DNA of 59,423 nt, the filler included, from Sphacelaria rigidula (Eukaryota): assembly GCA_964200075.2 (NCBI GenBank). It is 7 parts of 7 records of this genome, joined end to end, with 100 filler letters (N's around TTAATTAATTAA, not from the genome) between each part and the next. Parts side by side here need not be neighbours in the genome. Positions count along the whole stretch, not along the records: positions 34,016 to 42,418 come from CAXNAA020011264.1; positions 42,519 to 50,921 come from CAXNAA020011265.1; 5 more parts are not named here. One strand, given 5' to 3'. Of the stretch, positions 35,231 to 47,049 are shown piece after piece (the first letter of the stretch is position 1; each line of letters begins with the position of its first letter). The notes beneath the pieces were generated by a model. The model searched no databases. It saw only the letters and a program-made list of their open reading frames with translations, and was not told the DNA's origin. The translations under genes and the position numbers were made by a program.

Positions 35231-36149
35231 CACGGTTCAACTATGTTTCCTTCCGTACTTCCCTCGCTGCACTTTCCGCAATCATCCCTTTGTCCTTCTC
35301 CCGATTCGTTCGACATCGACAGGTGTTCCGTGTGCACCACCCATGTATCTGTATCCCAGGGAACGAAGCCAGTGCCGAAGGGCACCAAGAAACAGGTCCC
35401 CTTCCTTTGCCTTGCTTGTGGCGTGGGCATCGGCTTCAGCACTCCGTACCACCGCATGACCGACCCCACCGGCGGTAAAGACAGGGTATACGCTCACGCC
35501 GACGACTGCGTTGAAACCCTTGTCAAAGCGAAAGAGAACAGTTCTCACCCTTGCTAGAAATGTAGAGCCCCCCCCCACACCACAACCCCTTTTTGATCTG
35601 TCAGCGGAGGATAATGACGAAGACTTCATAAGGTGTCAAATCTGCTTCTACGACACCCGTGCTGGCGTTTGCCTCGAGAAACGACAACTCCACTCCTCCG
35701 AAAAAACCACGGAATACTACATATTCTTCCCCCCTTCCCGGAGAGAACCCCGTGACACCACCAAGCAAAGCCGACCCTCAAGCCCCCAAGAAAAAACCCC
35801 AATCCAACTCCGCAGGGTACCCGGCCTACGGCCACCAGGAGCGGAGCCGGACACTGAAACACCGCCTACGGTATAAGCACCACCACCATACATCCCTTTT
35901 CCCCGTTTAACCCCCTCTCTACCATGCATAGTCTCCTTTTCATCATGCCCTCTCCCACCTTCATCAATGCTTGCTTTTATCGGTGGCAACTGTTTTTTGC
36001 CCTCAACATGCCTTCGTGCAATCGTCAGCCTCCACGTTTGTTCATGTCTCACCGTTCCTTTCCTCTGCCCCTCGCCTACCTTCTTTCTACTGCGATGCGT
36101 TCCAAAACCAGACGCCTATAGTCAAAACATGACCAGCTTCTTCACATCC

Positions 36150-39100
36150 GACATCATTCGCGTAAGCTTTCGGCAGCATCTGTGATTGTTCAGTGGCTTC
36201 GTTTCTTCTCACTTTGAGCTCCGTTTCGTTCGGCGTTGCGTCGTCTTCTGTGCCTGAGCTTCATCTTTCTTTGCTCGTACAGAAACGTGGTGAAATCAAC
36301 TTCCACCAACCATGCTTACTGCTAGGACTTTCAACACCTCTCGCCAGCGTGTTTCACATGAGTCATGTGATTGACGGGCCAGGTCCCGGGCTGCATTCGC
36401 TATGTCAAGCCTGCTTACCCCAGCCAACCACATCAACCCTCCTACGACACTTCGGTATGGTCTGTCTACGACCTTGTCTCCTTGCTTCACCCGTTATAAT
36501 TTGGCTGATTCTGAAGCAGGAATATCAGAAAAATCCGTAACTTCAAAACGCTTCAGCATGGTATCGATAAAGGTCGTCTGATTCACATATCTGGTACCTC
36601 TCCTTCAGTCCCTCTCTGTGGCACACCCTATATACCAATGGACTTCACCTCGGTTGTTTGTCGGAAATCTTTTGTTTAGGATATCACAGACTTTCTCTAC
36701 TCTTTTTGTTTCACCTCCAATTAGGATGTCGTCTACATGCACAACGATCATGACACACACACACACACACCCTTTCTTCCTGCTTGTAGACACACGGATC
36801 AGCTTTGCTTTGTGACATCCCTGCATCCTCCATCAATGTTTTGTTCAGGAGAAGGGACCATTGCCTCCCTGCGTGCTTGACGCCGTAAATGGATTTCTCC
36901 AGCCCAACCGTACTACTCGTCAGGGGGATGAACACATTCGTGTTCATTTTTGCTCGTATAAATGCCTGGGTAACGTCGAAGTGATACAGTGGCCATCCTC
37001 TCTGCACTGCTACGGCCATGACCATTTTTTTTATGCCATGGCTGGGGTGGCTGCACACGTCTCGAAAGAGTCAACCGCGAATCTCTGGCCAAATCCACGC
37101 GCTCAGAGGCTCGCCTTTGCTTTAGTGATTGCACCGTTAGCGCCAGTTCTCCAACTGAACATCCATTTTGCCGTGACGATTTTCACTCCTTTCGGGATTC
37201 CCTCTCTTGAAAATGTGCCGGTGGTTTCATGCTCACCAAGTTCTGCTCGCATAACACTCAACCATATTTTTTTGTATTCTGACTTTTCCACTTCTTCTAC
37301 TGTTACTGAGGTTTCGATCTCTTTCACGTGGAGATCGATGAGGAAACCCAAACCAAAGCTGGGCTCTGCCTCTGTTCCGTTTTCGGCCAAAAAATAAAAA
37401 TATTCTTACCCCGCAAAAGTCTCCTCGACTAGCACGGCCGCGCTGCCTCCCACCTCTGATCCGGCTGCTGCAGTGATCAGGTCCGCCATTCCGCACCTAT
37501 CCTCCGCCATTCCATAGAGTACAGTTGCCGCTTTAGACTCGCTTGAACGCTCGCCATCACGCGGGGAAAATATTCATCTCCTAGCCACAACTTCATTTTG
37601 TCCAGTTCCAACTCCTCTGCCGCCGATGCTAGCTCGTTGCGGTCGGCTGCCGCTCTCGTCGCACTGCGCGTGCGGCCTGCCATTTGCGGAAGCAGAGACG
37701 ACTCGTTGCCGAGTGCAAGACGGCGTAGCTCCGTCCTTGGGAGCTTGGGAGCTTCACCGCCCCCCCCGTCGTTGCGCTTTTGACTAAGGCAAGCAACAAA
37801 TGAGTACGCCCCCCCCCCGTCGTTGCGCTCGGGGGTGGCGACGGTTGTCGGTGTTGTCGACGTTGTCGGCGGCGATATCCACGCTGCGGCTGTTGGCGCT
37901 GTCGGCGGTGTTGCCGGCGCCATCGACGGCGGCGGTGTGGGCGGCGCCGAGCCCCGGTCATCAATCAGATGTTGAACTGGGTTTCGTAAAATCCCGCGCC
38001 CCCCCCCCCGCCTCTACAAGGAGGCGGCGAGGTAATCTCTTCCCCCCGCCAATAGCGGCGGTCTACGGTGTGGCGTCGTCTGCGTCCCGTTCGGAGTTGG
38101 GAAGCGAGAACTACACACGACGTGAACCGCGGGATGGAGCACGCGCCACCGGGGTATGCCCGGCGGACTCGCTGCCGGCCGGCCCTCCTTTGATCTGGTC
38201 ATCCCTCGCTCCACCGGGCGTCGGGATCACTTGCTGTCGGGCGGGGAGAGGAGTAGGGGGAACATACGCTCACGTCACGTGCCTGGTTGTAATAGTTTGT
38301 CCTGTTTCCGTAATCACTCTCACAGCATCGCGCGGGTATTCTGGGGCTGGGCCAAGGTACCAGCACCTCTGAGATTTTTGTCGTAACTTGTCTATCCTCT
38401 GAACCCTACAAAACCCAGGCTATAGAAAGGAGAGATGGTTTTTTGCCGGTGGTACTCCATGCCACATTTCGTGTGGCGTCTTGTTGCCCGGGTTAGCCGA
38501 GGTCGCAGTACAGTTCAACACATGGCATGCACAGTTAGCTTGTTCCGCCCACAGATTCTTGCTTCTTGGGATATTCTGATTCGGGTACATTTCCGATGCT
38601 TGAGTTTTGATCGAAAGGCCGGCCGACTCTATCATGCCAATTGCGCGTTCCGCTACGCCGTTGTACTGTGGGGAGTCAGCAGCTGTTTCTCTTGCTATAT
38701 TTTCTCCTCATCACATCTTTCCTCGAACGCCCCCTCCGAGAATTCACCTCCACCATCACTGCAAACCTTCTCAACTTTTCGCGGGTGAACCTCTGCGATG
38801 TACTTATTAAAGTACTTTTCGGCCTCGTCCTTTGTGCGCAGAAAATACAATCTAGTATACCGCGAGCAGTCATCACGTGCTATCATCATGAACCACTTTC
38901 CGCCCCGGGACCTAACTGGTTTTGGCTTGTAAGATCAACAAACACTCTGGATACTGGCTTTACTGCTCGTGTGTGAGTCGATCTTGGAATGGGTCGTCGC
39001 AGTCCTTTTCCTTTCGAGCATCCTCGGCACGGTCTCAACTTGCCGCGCAGCTCCACTCCGAGCTGCTTTGCTTTCTGCCGGAGCAGGTCCTCGTGGACAT

Positions 39101-40201
39101 GCGCGTGTTTGCGGTGGAAGTCGTTGATATCATCAACTTGGGGGTTAGGTAGTTCCCTCGGGGCAATCACAGCGCATGCTGACGCATGCTTGTCATGACC
39201 GTTTAGATAGATGCGTTGGGCGTTTATTTTCAATTGTCTGTGCTGACCGGGGATTTTCCGGGTATTGGCTGACTTAAACTCAACCCGGTAGCCGTTGCTA
39301 GACCCAATGTAGATATTCCGGTCAAGGATAACAGATGGTGACGGACGCAAGGTGCGTGATCTACATTTTTTAAATGTAAGACTACATCACGTCCGTCAGA
39401 TCGTAAAGAGAGAGTCAAATTACCTCTCCCTACGATCGAGTAGGTACCACCTCCCGCACACCGTCGTACCCTGTCACTGAATTTGCTGTCATCCGTCATC
39501 TTCCTCGAATCAGGAGAAAAGTGCGAAGTGGTCCCCGTGTCACGTACCCACGGTTCGCCCCCATCAGACTGCTCTACATCCCCCTTCCCAGCAACAAACG
39601 CTCACTCACGTGTGTTGTCGTCAGCCACCGTCATGTCGATGCTGGTGAAAGTTTGCACCAGCATTCGAGCACACGGAGTCGTCGTCGACAAAGTCTTGCA
39701 CCACGCCCATCACCATCGCTGCATCCTCTACAGTACTTTGACAGTCAATCAGCTGATGTTCTCTCTTCCCGCACCTACAGCAATACTTGTCTGAGTCTCT
39801 CGCTCGATGTGTAGTCATCTTTTGACAAATGTGGCATCTCCACGTCGCAGCCCTCGACAAGCTCGTTGACGATGAAGCCGGCGACCAGCTTTTTTTGCCC
39901 TGGCCCCCGTCGCCTCCGCAACCTGGGTCCTGGGTCTTCCCCGGTTTGCCCTTTCAGCGTGAGCCGTCAGGTTTGCCGGGTTGGCCCTTGACGGCAAGGG
40001 CCTGGTCGCCTGAGGAAACCTTCTTCACCTTGGCGAGTTCCTGCTTGAAAGTGCCGATTCGAAACGTTTTCGAACTCACGTCAGCACGACTTCCCTCGTG
40101 AGTGGCACCTCGCTCTCCTCCAGCGCTTGCTTTTGATAGTTATACTCACAGGAAGGCGCATTGACAAATGTGAGGAGGGTATGCGCCTCCATCAGGTTGA
40201 T
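36150..40201 (-). mobile_element. Near-complete internal region of a decayed Ty1/copia element (gag knuckles, PR, GAG-pre-INT, INT, RT, RNase H remnant)
   Basis: Knuckle CCRCGKREHQLIDC; protease WVRDTGTTSH...LKNVDHAPCVRHHLLSL; INDFHRKHAHVH...CRGCSKGK; integrase RDDCSRYT..SDGGGEFS..WAEQANCAC; RT TAKWMF, HFDVTQAF, LEKSIYGVKHAGRQW, VHVDDILI, PYRSVVGGLMW. Many frameshifts. Confidence 0.95.
37779..37807 (+). mobile_element. 29-nt insertion of the G/C-tract element with a ~20-nt flanking duplication
   Basis: GC8GTCGTTGCGCT (37759-37778) | TTTGACTAAGGCAAGCAACAAATGAGTAC | GC10GTCGTTGCGCT (37808-37829). Confidence 0.8.
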
Positions 40202-40449
40202 GACTGCTGCCGAGATAGCCCCCCCCCAAAACCGGCCGGAAACGTGCACGGAGGCGATGATCATAAATGCCGTTAAAGCTGGTTTCGTGCTGCACGACAC
40301 GACTGATTCGGGCGTAATAGCTGATTTCGGACTGCTAACGCCTCTCATGTGGGCGACATTGCTGCAAACGAGCCCAATAGTGGGATCGCAGCCGGTTCGT
40401 TGGATGTTGCCGGTGCACGTTTTGTGGGGGGGCTATCTCGGCATTAGCC
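40202..40449 (+). mobile_element. Family-B MITE, 248 bp, flanks not duplicated
   Basis: GACTGCTGCCGAGATAGCCCCC ... GGGGGGGCTATCTCGGCATTAGCC; flanks TGAT / ACTG. Confidence 0.88.
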
Positions 40450-40578
40450 ACTGGAGACTTGCTGGAGCTGCGTACAGCGGGTGATTATAGGACCCCAGGG
40501 CTGTGTGGAGCGGCGAAGAAAGCACGTGTGAACTAAAGTTTGAGAAGGTTTCAGAAATCGTCGATATTCCGCTCGAGA

Positions 40579-42418
40579 ATGTCGACTACTGACGTACCGG
40601 CAATAGAGCCAGCGGAAACGACTGTAACCCCAGTCGTTCTGAGGGAAGAGTTGCGGCCGCCCAGTTACGGGAATTTGTATTCTGAGGGTGCTTCTCGTTC
40701 GTTTTGCACGAAATACGTGGAATACAAAAGGAGGATGGAGCATGCGAATGCAGGGGGTGCGGTAAGGCATCAGGTGGTTTCTATGGCGCAACTAGTGCCT
40801 ACCCCCCTGCAACGCGTCTTCGCGAGAAGGTTCCACGATAAGCATACCATAACGCCGCTGCAGTTGGCCGCAGCGATAAAGAAGCACGCAGGGCATGCGG
40901 CAGGAGCGGGGGTACAGCTTACTCAGGCGTCCGCGACCGTGGCGAAGGCTGTCGCAATGAACCACAAGGGGAGCACCATGCGTGAGAGGGTGGAGCCCAT
41001 AATGGGTAAGTTGGAGACGTACATTTCGGAATATCCCAACGTAGAGATCATTTATCGTTCGTCCGATGGGAAATTTCGCCCAGGGCCCGCTGCGGTGGTC
41101 ACAAAAGCGATGGTGGAGGGTCTGGCACCGGCCGAATTTAAGCAGGCCGTGCTTGTACAGTTACAGCACGAAACAAATTGGAAGTCGGGCCCGTTTTTAG
41201 TCATGGATACAGTGGTGGCTGAAGCTCAGGCATGGCGGCGGGTCGAAGTATTCGGAATTTCATCCATTTCGTTGCCGCAGTCTTTGAGCTCGCGTAACCG
41301 TGGATCAAAATCCGCAGGCAGTGCCGCCTCCAATATTACTCGCTATCAGTCTGGCCAAGTAGGTCACATCGCACGGAAGCGCCCAGCGCCTTCTGAGGGG
41401 GAGTCTGGGCAGACGAGTCCCGCGCGCCCTCGCAATCACAAAGGGGGGAAAGGTAATCGGGGTGGTGGCGGAGGTGGATCCTCCAGCGGTGGAGGTGTAC
41501 AGTCGAGTTCCCAACAGCAGCAGCAGGGGCAGCGGGATCAGCAGGGGTCCGGTTCTGGGTCCGACTCAGCCGCAGGAGCTGCTGCTCCACAACGAGCGGT
41601 GCAAGTGGGACCTACCTCTCTAGTGTCGGGATCGGTGCCGGCGCCGCCGGCAGTGGAGCAAGGCGAGACGCCGGCTGCGGAGCCGGCCGGTTTTAAACTG
41701 AAATTTGGATCCGCTGCTGCGTCGGCCGGGGTACCGCTGTAATTTGGTTCTGCGGGCGGGGCTTCGTATCCGCCGGCGGTGCCGGTGACCCCAGCGGGGG
41801 TGTCTATGCCTGCGCCGCCCGCGCAGCCGTGGCACCAAGTGGGGATTACGACCCATCAGTCGGCGGAGCAGGTTCCGGTCGAGGACCAAGACTATTGTGT
41901 CCCTGCCAAGTTATATCTCCCCGATCAACGGGCGCGGGGAGCTATATCGGTCAACGCGGTGTTGGATTCAGGCGCCCACTTCACGAGTGTGTCGGTGCTA
42001 ATTGTGGAGATGCTGGAGCCTCTACTCCCCGGTGAGCAAATCCGAATTCCGTTCTCGCTCGGGGCGCGGCAGGCCATCACCGCATCGGGGCAACATACAA
42101 ATGTGACGGAGCGTACGATTCCCCTACAGTTGACGTTCCTGGCTACCTGGGGACCAGCAAAATTACTCCCAATGTCGTTTGCGATCATGCCGGGGACGGA
42201 TGGTGTCGTTCTGTTGGGCCTACCGACGCTTCGGGGATTCGGAGTCGATCCGTATGATCGGTTGTTGGAGTCCCTTAAAACGCAAATGCCGTCGCCCGGT
42301 TCGAGTGTCGACACGCCTGCTTTTTTGGCCAGTCGTAGAGTGAGCTTGTCGGTTGATGCTCTCCAGGAGGTGGGGGGGGGGGGGGCGGACTCATTTGTCC
42401 AGGGGGTGGGGGGGGGGG
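40579..42418 (+). mobile_element. Ty3/gypsy gag-protease, single frame with one TAA (41740-41742), cut by scaffold end
   Basis: ATG at 40579 opens a ~387-aa gag-like ORF with an eroded knuckle RYQSGQVGHIARKRP. The same frame continues to the retropepsin motifs VLDSGAHFTSVS and VVLLGLPTL. Confidence 0.85.
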
Positions 42419-42518
42419 NNNNNNNNNNNNNNNNNNNNNNNNNNNNNNNNNNNNNNNNNNNNTTAATTAATTAANNNNNNNNNNNNNNNNNNNNNNNNNN
42501 NNNNNNNNNNNNNNNNNN

Positions 42519-42674
42519 GCCACCGCTCGAGGCGCCTTCCCCACATGATCGCCGCAAGGCGGTCTAGCCGAGCCTTCGGGTAATCGGCACACGAACTCGC
42601 TCGCGATCGTTTGCGATCGCCAGCGGGGTAAGTGTTAGGTTGAGTTTCCTCCTTCCATCAAGGAAAAAAAAAAA
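42519..42674 (+). mobile_element. 3' part of a SINE-like retroposon with poly(A) tail
   Basis: Matches 24240-24360 and ends CAAGG(A)11. Confidence 0.65.
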
Positions 42675-43159
42675 GGAAGTAGCGACTGAAAGAGGCAACA
42701 CCCGGTGTAGTAGAGCCACAACCTGATGATGCAGGTGCGGCCCCTGATGATATCAGCTAATGAACCACCTCCCTCAACCGACGAACCTCATCTGCAGCCG
42801 AGTTGACCTGGGAAACCAAACTCTCCATGCCCACTTTGGTGTCGTTCAGGTTGGTAGATATATTCCTTACTGACGTGGCCCATGTTTTCAGTAACGACCC
42901 CGACTTGATTATCGAGCATATCAGTTTGTTGAGCAGTTGTGCGCGGTAGACCCACCGCCATCCCGCCTCAGGAGAGACTTGAGCCAAGCCACCCCGACTT
43001 CGCAAGACCACCACTGTCTGTAGCACCGCTATAGCAGACGCGGTAGGAGACTGCTCTTGCTGATTGGCGTGCTGATTGCGCCCACCAACCTTGCGTTTGC
43101 CCTTGCCGCCTGTCCCCGCCGCGTGAGAGGACGGTTGTCCTGACGACAAGTCGGGTTTG

Positions 43160-43415
43160 GAGTGATGCTACGGTAGGGGTGCAGAAATATTTTCTGAAGT
43201 TAGACTTGTTAATGGCCCTTCATCTCATCCAAAACGCGAGTTATGAAATATTCCAGACGTTGCCAGCATTAATCTTTCAATGTGCTGGGGATATCCCGAA
43301 AGTCTTTGCAAACGGGGATGCCCTGATCCAAATTCTTGTGCATCTAAAATCGTCATGAGCCCCTGAACCAGACGAGATTCCGCGGGAAACGTGCACCCCT
43401 ACCGTAGCATTGCTC
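43160..43415 (-). mobile_element. Family-A MITE, 256 bp, TSD TTTG
   Basis: TTTG|GAGTGATGCTACGGTAGGGGTGCA ... TGCACCCCTACCGTAGCATTGCTC|TTTG. Confidence 0.92.
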
Positions 43416-44386
43416 TTTGAGACAACCTAGTCGACTAAAAATTACACGAAGGAAAACACTCAGACGAAACGAACTACAACAGCGATTCGAGGTGCTATCA
43501 CTCGCTGATGGTCGCGTCGCCCGTCTCCCGTAACTCACACACCTCGAGCTTACTCCAAACCCCTCTACTGTCCCTTCATCGTGGGTGGGCTTGCTCTTGT
43601 ACCTCGGCTGCTTCTCAGAACACACTGAGACCTCCCAACGGATCACCCGCACCGATCAGATCCCATTTGTTCCGAAACGGCTTCTAGGTATTTCAACAGC
43701 AATCAAGATCTGGAAAAGTTCTATCCACTCCTGCACAAAAACGCGATTCTTCTCAAACACAGAATCAAACCCTTTGTGATCACATGAGAAGCGTTTTTTT
43801 GGCATGTTATCAGAAAACGGCGTTTTATATAACGGTTTGTTCAAACATAAGAGGTGGCCTTAACTTGAGTGCACAGCCCGTACCCAGCACTGTCTGTATA
43901 ACAGTGTGGTAACACAAGCACGGAAGAAAGGCTAGCCGAAGGTATGTTAACGCCAAAGAGATATTATACATGGACGATTTGACAGCTGTGCTGACTACAA
44001 CATGCGTCAAAAGTGTACACCCTAGTGTAGTTTAACCCTTTCGGAACCCACTGACGGTATCAATTTCTATCCGCTTGTCAGAGAGTTCAAATTGCGCTGA
44101 ACAGCCTAGGTACAACGCTACCAATGCTTTCAAGTCCTGTTGTGATATTCCCTTGTCGTGGGCGAATAGGTGGGGGTGAAGTTGAAAGCACGACCAGCGG
44201 TCGCACTTACTGAGGCCAACTTTGGGCTCAAACGGCGACTCCTAGCTAGTGCGCGTATAAACACTTTCTGCCGAGTTTTGTACAGGGAAAGGATTATGCG
44301 ATCGCGTCTCGAAGGGCAGATGAAAATAACTTGCAAGCCTGGACAAATACCGATAGTCGGTGCTGGTGCTTCCTAATAGACGTATC

Positions 44387-44702
44387 TGTAATGTGTGAGC
44401 GGACCGCGTCCTTTTTGGACCGCATCGGAGTTAACCCTTTGGCCGCGAGGATGGGTCAACTGCTGAATCTGCATAAATATTTACTTGAAAAAAGTATGCG
44501 TGATCCAATTGGATTACCCGCATCGTGGTTTAAGGATTAAACACCGCTATGGTTGGGGTTAGTGTTGGGGCTAGTGTCAGGGTTAGGGCCAGGAGCGCGG
44601 TCCCTGGAGGGACTGGCCCGAGCGGTCCTTTAATACGTCGGCCCCGGCGTGTTTTGAACTCCGATTCGGTCGCCAAAGCACGCGGTGAGCTTATGTATTA
44701 CA
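44387..44702 (+). mobile_element. TGT..ACA TIR element with internal telomere-like repeats, copy 1 (interrupted by a TTAA MITE)
   Basis: Colinear with 44881-45085 once 44435-44540 is removed. Confidence 0.75.
44435..44536. mobile_element. 102-bp piggyBac-type MITE, diverged
   Basis: TTAA|CCCTTTGGCCGCGAGGATGGGT ... ACCCGCATCGTGGTTTAAGGA|TTAA. The TIR resembles that of 4845-4942. Confidence 0.75.
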
Positions 44703-44880
44703 AAACCTATCGGCATTTGGTACGCGGCAGTGGAAATATGGGTCTGAGTTCTCTGAGGATGTGCTTTTTGAGGCTCTTCATACGCATGTACCTGTATATT
44801 AGCAATTGAATGTCTGGGTAACTTCGTTGACTCTTCCATGCCTTGTTTTTGAGTGGGGGTGGTAACCAAGGTGGCCGTAT

Positions 44881-45085
44881 TGTCATGCGTGGGAGGACCG
44901 CGTGCTCACGGCACCGCATCGGAATTAGAACACCCTCTTAGTTAGGGCTAGGGCTAGTGTAGGGGTTAGGGTTAGGAGCATGATCCCTGCCGGGAGTGGC
45001 CTAATTGGTTTAAAAAAACGTCGAACCTAAGGTGTTTCGAACTACGATGCGGTCCCCAAAGCACGCGGTCCTCTCATGCATTACA
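44881..45085 (+). mobile_element. 205-bp TGT..ACA element, ~55-bp TIRs, 5-bp TSD CGTAT, internal degenerate TTAGGG repeats
   Basis: CGTAT|TGTCATGCGTGGGAGGACCGCGTGCT...AGCACGCGGTCCTCTCATGCATTACA|CGTAT. The right TSD is recovered after removing MITE 45089-45342 and one ACGT copy. Confidence 0.8.
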
Positions 45086-45088
45086 CGT

Positions 45089-45342
45089 CAGCAATGCTAC
45101 GATAGGGGTTGCATTTTTTCTTTCTTGGCCTCTTTTTTGTAGGAGCCCAAATACATGGGACTTACTGTGCAACCTAAATCTCCGGGCACCGGACATGGAG
45201 ATGCACGCAGGGATCGTTCCGTGAATCGGCACCATTTTCAGTCTTTTTCAAGTAAAGATGATGCTGTTTCCCAAAGTAACCCGTCCAACACCCCGAGAAA
45301 CGTTTTGGCTGGAAAGGTGCAACCCCTACCGTAGCATCACTC
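45089..45342 (+). mobile_element. Family-A-type MITE with a different interior, 254 bp, TSD ACGT
   Basis: ACGT|CAGCAATGCTACGATAGGGGTTGCA ... TGCAACCCCTACCGTAGCATCACTC|ACGT. Confidence 0.9.
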
Positions 45343-46514
45343 ACGTATCTCCGGCACAACACAGAGAGATGAAAGCATGTGAAAAGCAATTGGAAAAAGA
45401 CCGTGAAATAGATTCATTCAGGATATTATGATACGTTTCAACGTTGTTACCGGTACTAATCCACCCCATTTTCTGGTCTTGTTATCTCCCTTTTCTTCAT
45501 AATTTCCCTTTCCTTTTCATTCCGTCGTCCTTCTCTTGTCAGGGCGCCCGATGATGTTGTCCCAGAACACAAACCGCGAGCCACGCGTATGTGGGTGTGT
45601 CTGCTGATGATGATTGTTACCTACTCGGTGTGGATAATCGTGGAAGCGTGTCTTGCGAGATCCAACCCCAGCGTCAACCTCAGAGTGGAGGTAAGTCGAC
45701 GTTGGTCAGCATGGCGCGCGCGGGGGGGAAGGGTGATACGTCGACGCCACACTCAGGAGATGAGCTTGAGCTCACTTTCCTTAACAGGTTCAATCACTTT
45801 TACGGGTGACCAAGAAGATGTGACCAGTGCAACAACACCCTGAAGAATGATGATATCTCTGGAGAGATGGTGTATGTTGCCCAGAAAGCTGGAAGAGATT
45901 ATTTTATCTTGCTTTTATTGTAGATTCTATATTTCAACCAAATAAATCCCAACCTTGCACTTGCAGTCCTTCAAAAACCCAAGAAAACAGAGTGAAGAGA
46001 GGAGTGGAAAAGAAGTGTCATAGTGGAGGTGAACGTAAGACATAGTCTACGTTTTACCCTTTTGATCCTTCCAGCCCTTTCACCATACTTTACTCGAGAA
46101 ACCGGAAACCATAACTATGTACCAGTCGGACAAGCCGCAATAACCAAAATTCCTACGGTTTTCTGATATTTTACTGAAGAAAGTATAAAACTCTCTGACC
46201 TGCCGCTCCTGGACACATGTTCACTTGAACTGTTTCATCTACTTTGGACACAAATGTACACAAATCTTTCCCACACTGGAATCATGCCTCAAAGTACCTT
46301 AAAAATCCATAACTTTACGCTTATGTTACGGACAACGCGGTCTTTTCTAGCTGTTTTCAACTCAATTCTTGTTTACACACAACTCTTCTATTGATCTGTT
46401 TTAATCTGATACGAAACTGTAAAGTCTCCGATTGTTTGGCTCACCACACTAGCCCATTGTGTGAACCTAAATTTCATCATTCTACTGATAATTTCGGTGA
46501 ACAATTCAATGCTA

Positions 46515-46723
46515 TATAACAGGGGATTCTACAGAATGAGGTTGACCAATGAAATGAGGTTTGAGGAGGCTAGCCAGTATGCGACAAAAACCCGAGGGAA
46601 GTATCGTCCGCAAGTGCCTTCGATCGATACCGGGAGGGGGGGGGCGTACTCATTTGTTGCTTGCCTTAGTCGTTTGACCAACATTTCATTGATCAACCTC
46701 ATTTGACAGAATCCCCTGTTATA
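46515..46723. mobile_element. MITE with ~42-bp TIRs and a 5-6-bp flanking duplication (A)TGCTA, carrying a short G/C-tract element
   Basis: TATAACAGGGGATTCT..AATGAGGTTGACCAATGAAATG / CATTTCATTGATCAACCTCATT..AGAATCCCCTGTTATA. Confidence 0.82.
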
Positions 46724-47049
46724 TGCTAACATACTGTGTGAGCCTCGATAAACCCTTTCAACCTTCGTGCTTCTAAATTCAGATAAATCTTAAACCAAGA
46801 AAATGAAAACAATTATATAACTTCAACTGCTTCTACGATTACTTCATACATCACTCCCCAACATCAGTCTCTTACTTCAACTGCTGTCTGCATCCCACCA
46901 AGACAACACATTTACACTTAAAATAAGAAAACAAAGAAAGCATTTCAACTAAGAAAAGTATATTAGACAAGGCATTTCATCGTTCTCCCGGCGCAGCTCC
47001 ATCTCCTTTTTGTTATGTACCGATGCCAAACCACTCCCGATCATTTATA

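Noticed and set aside
40480-40500. Primer-binding site for the gypsy element
   Set aside because: The resemblance to a tRNA-Met PBS is weak and no adjacent LTR end can be defined.
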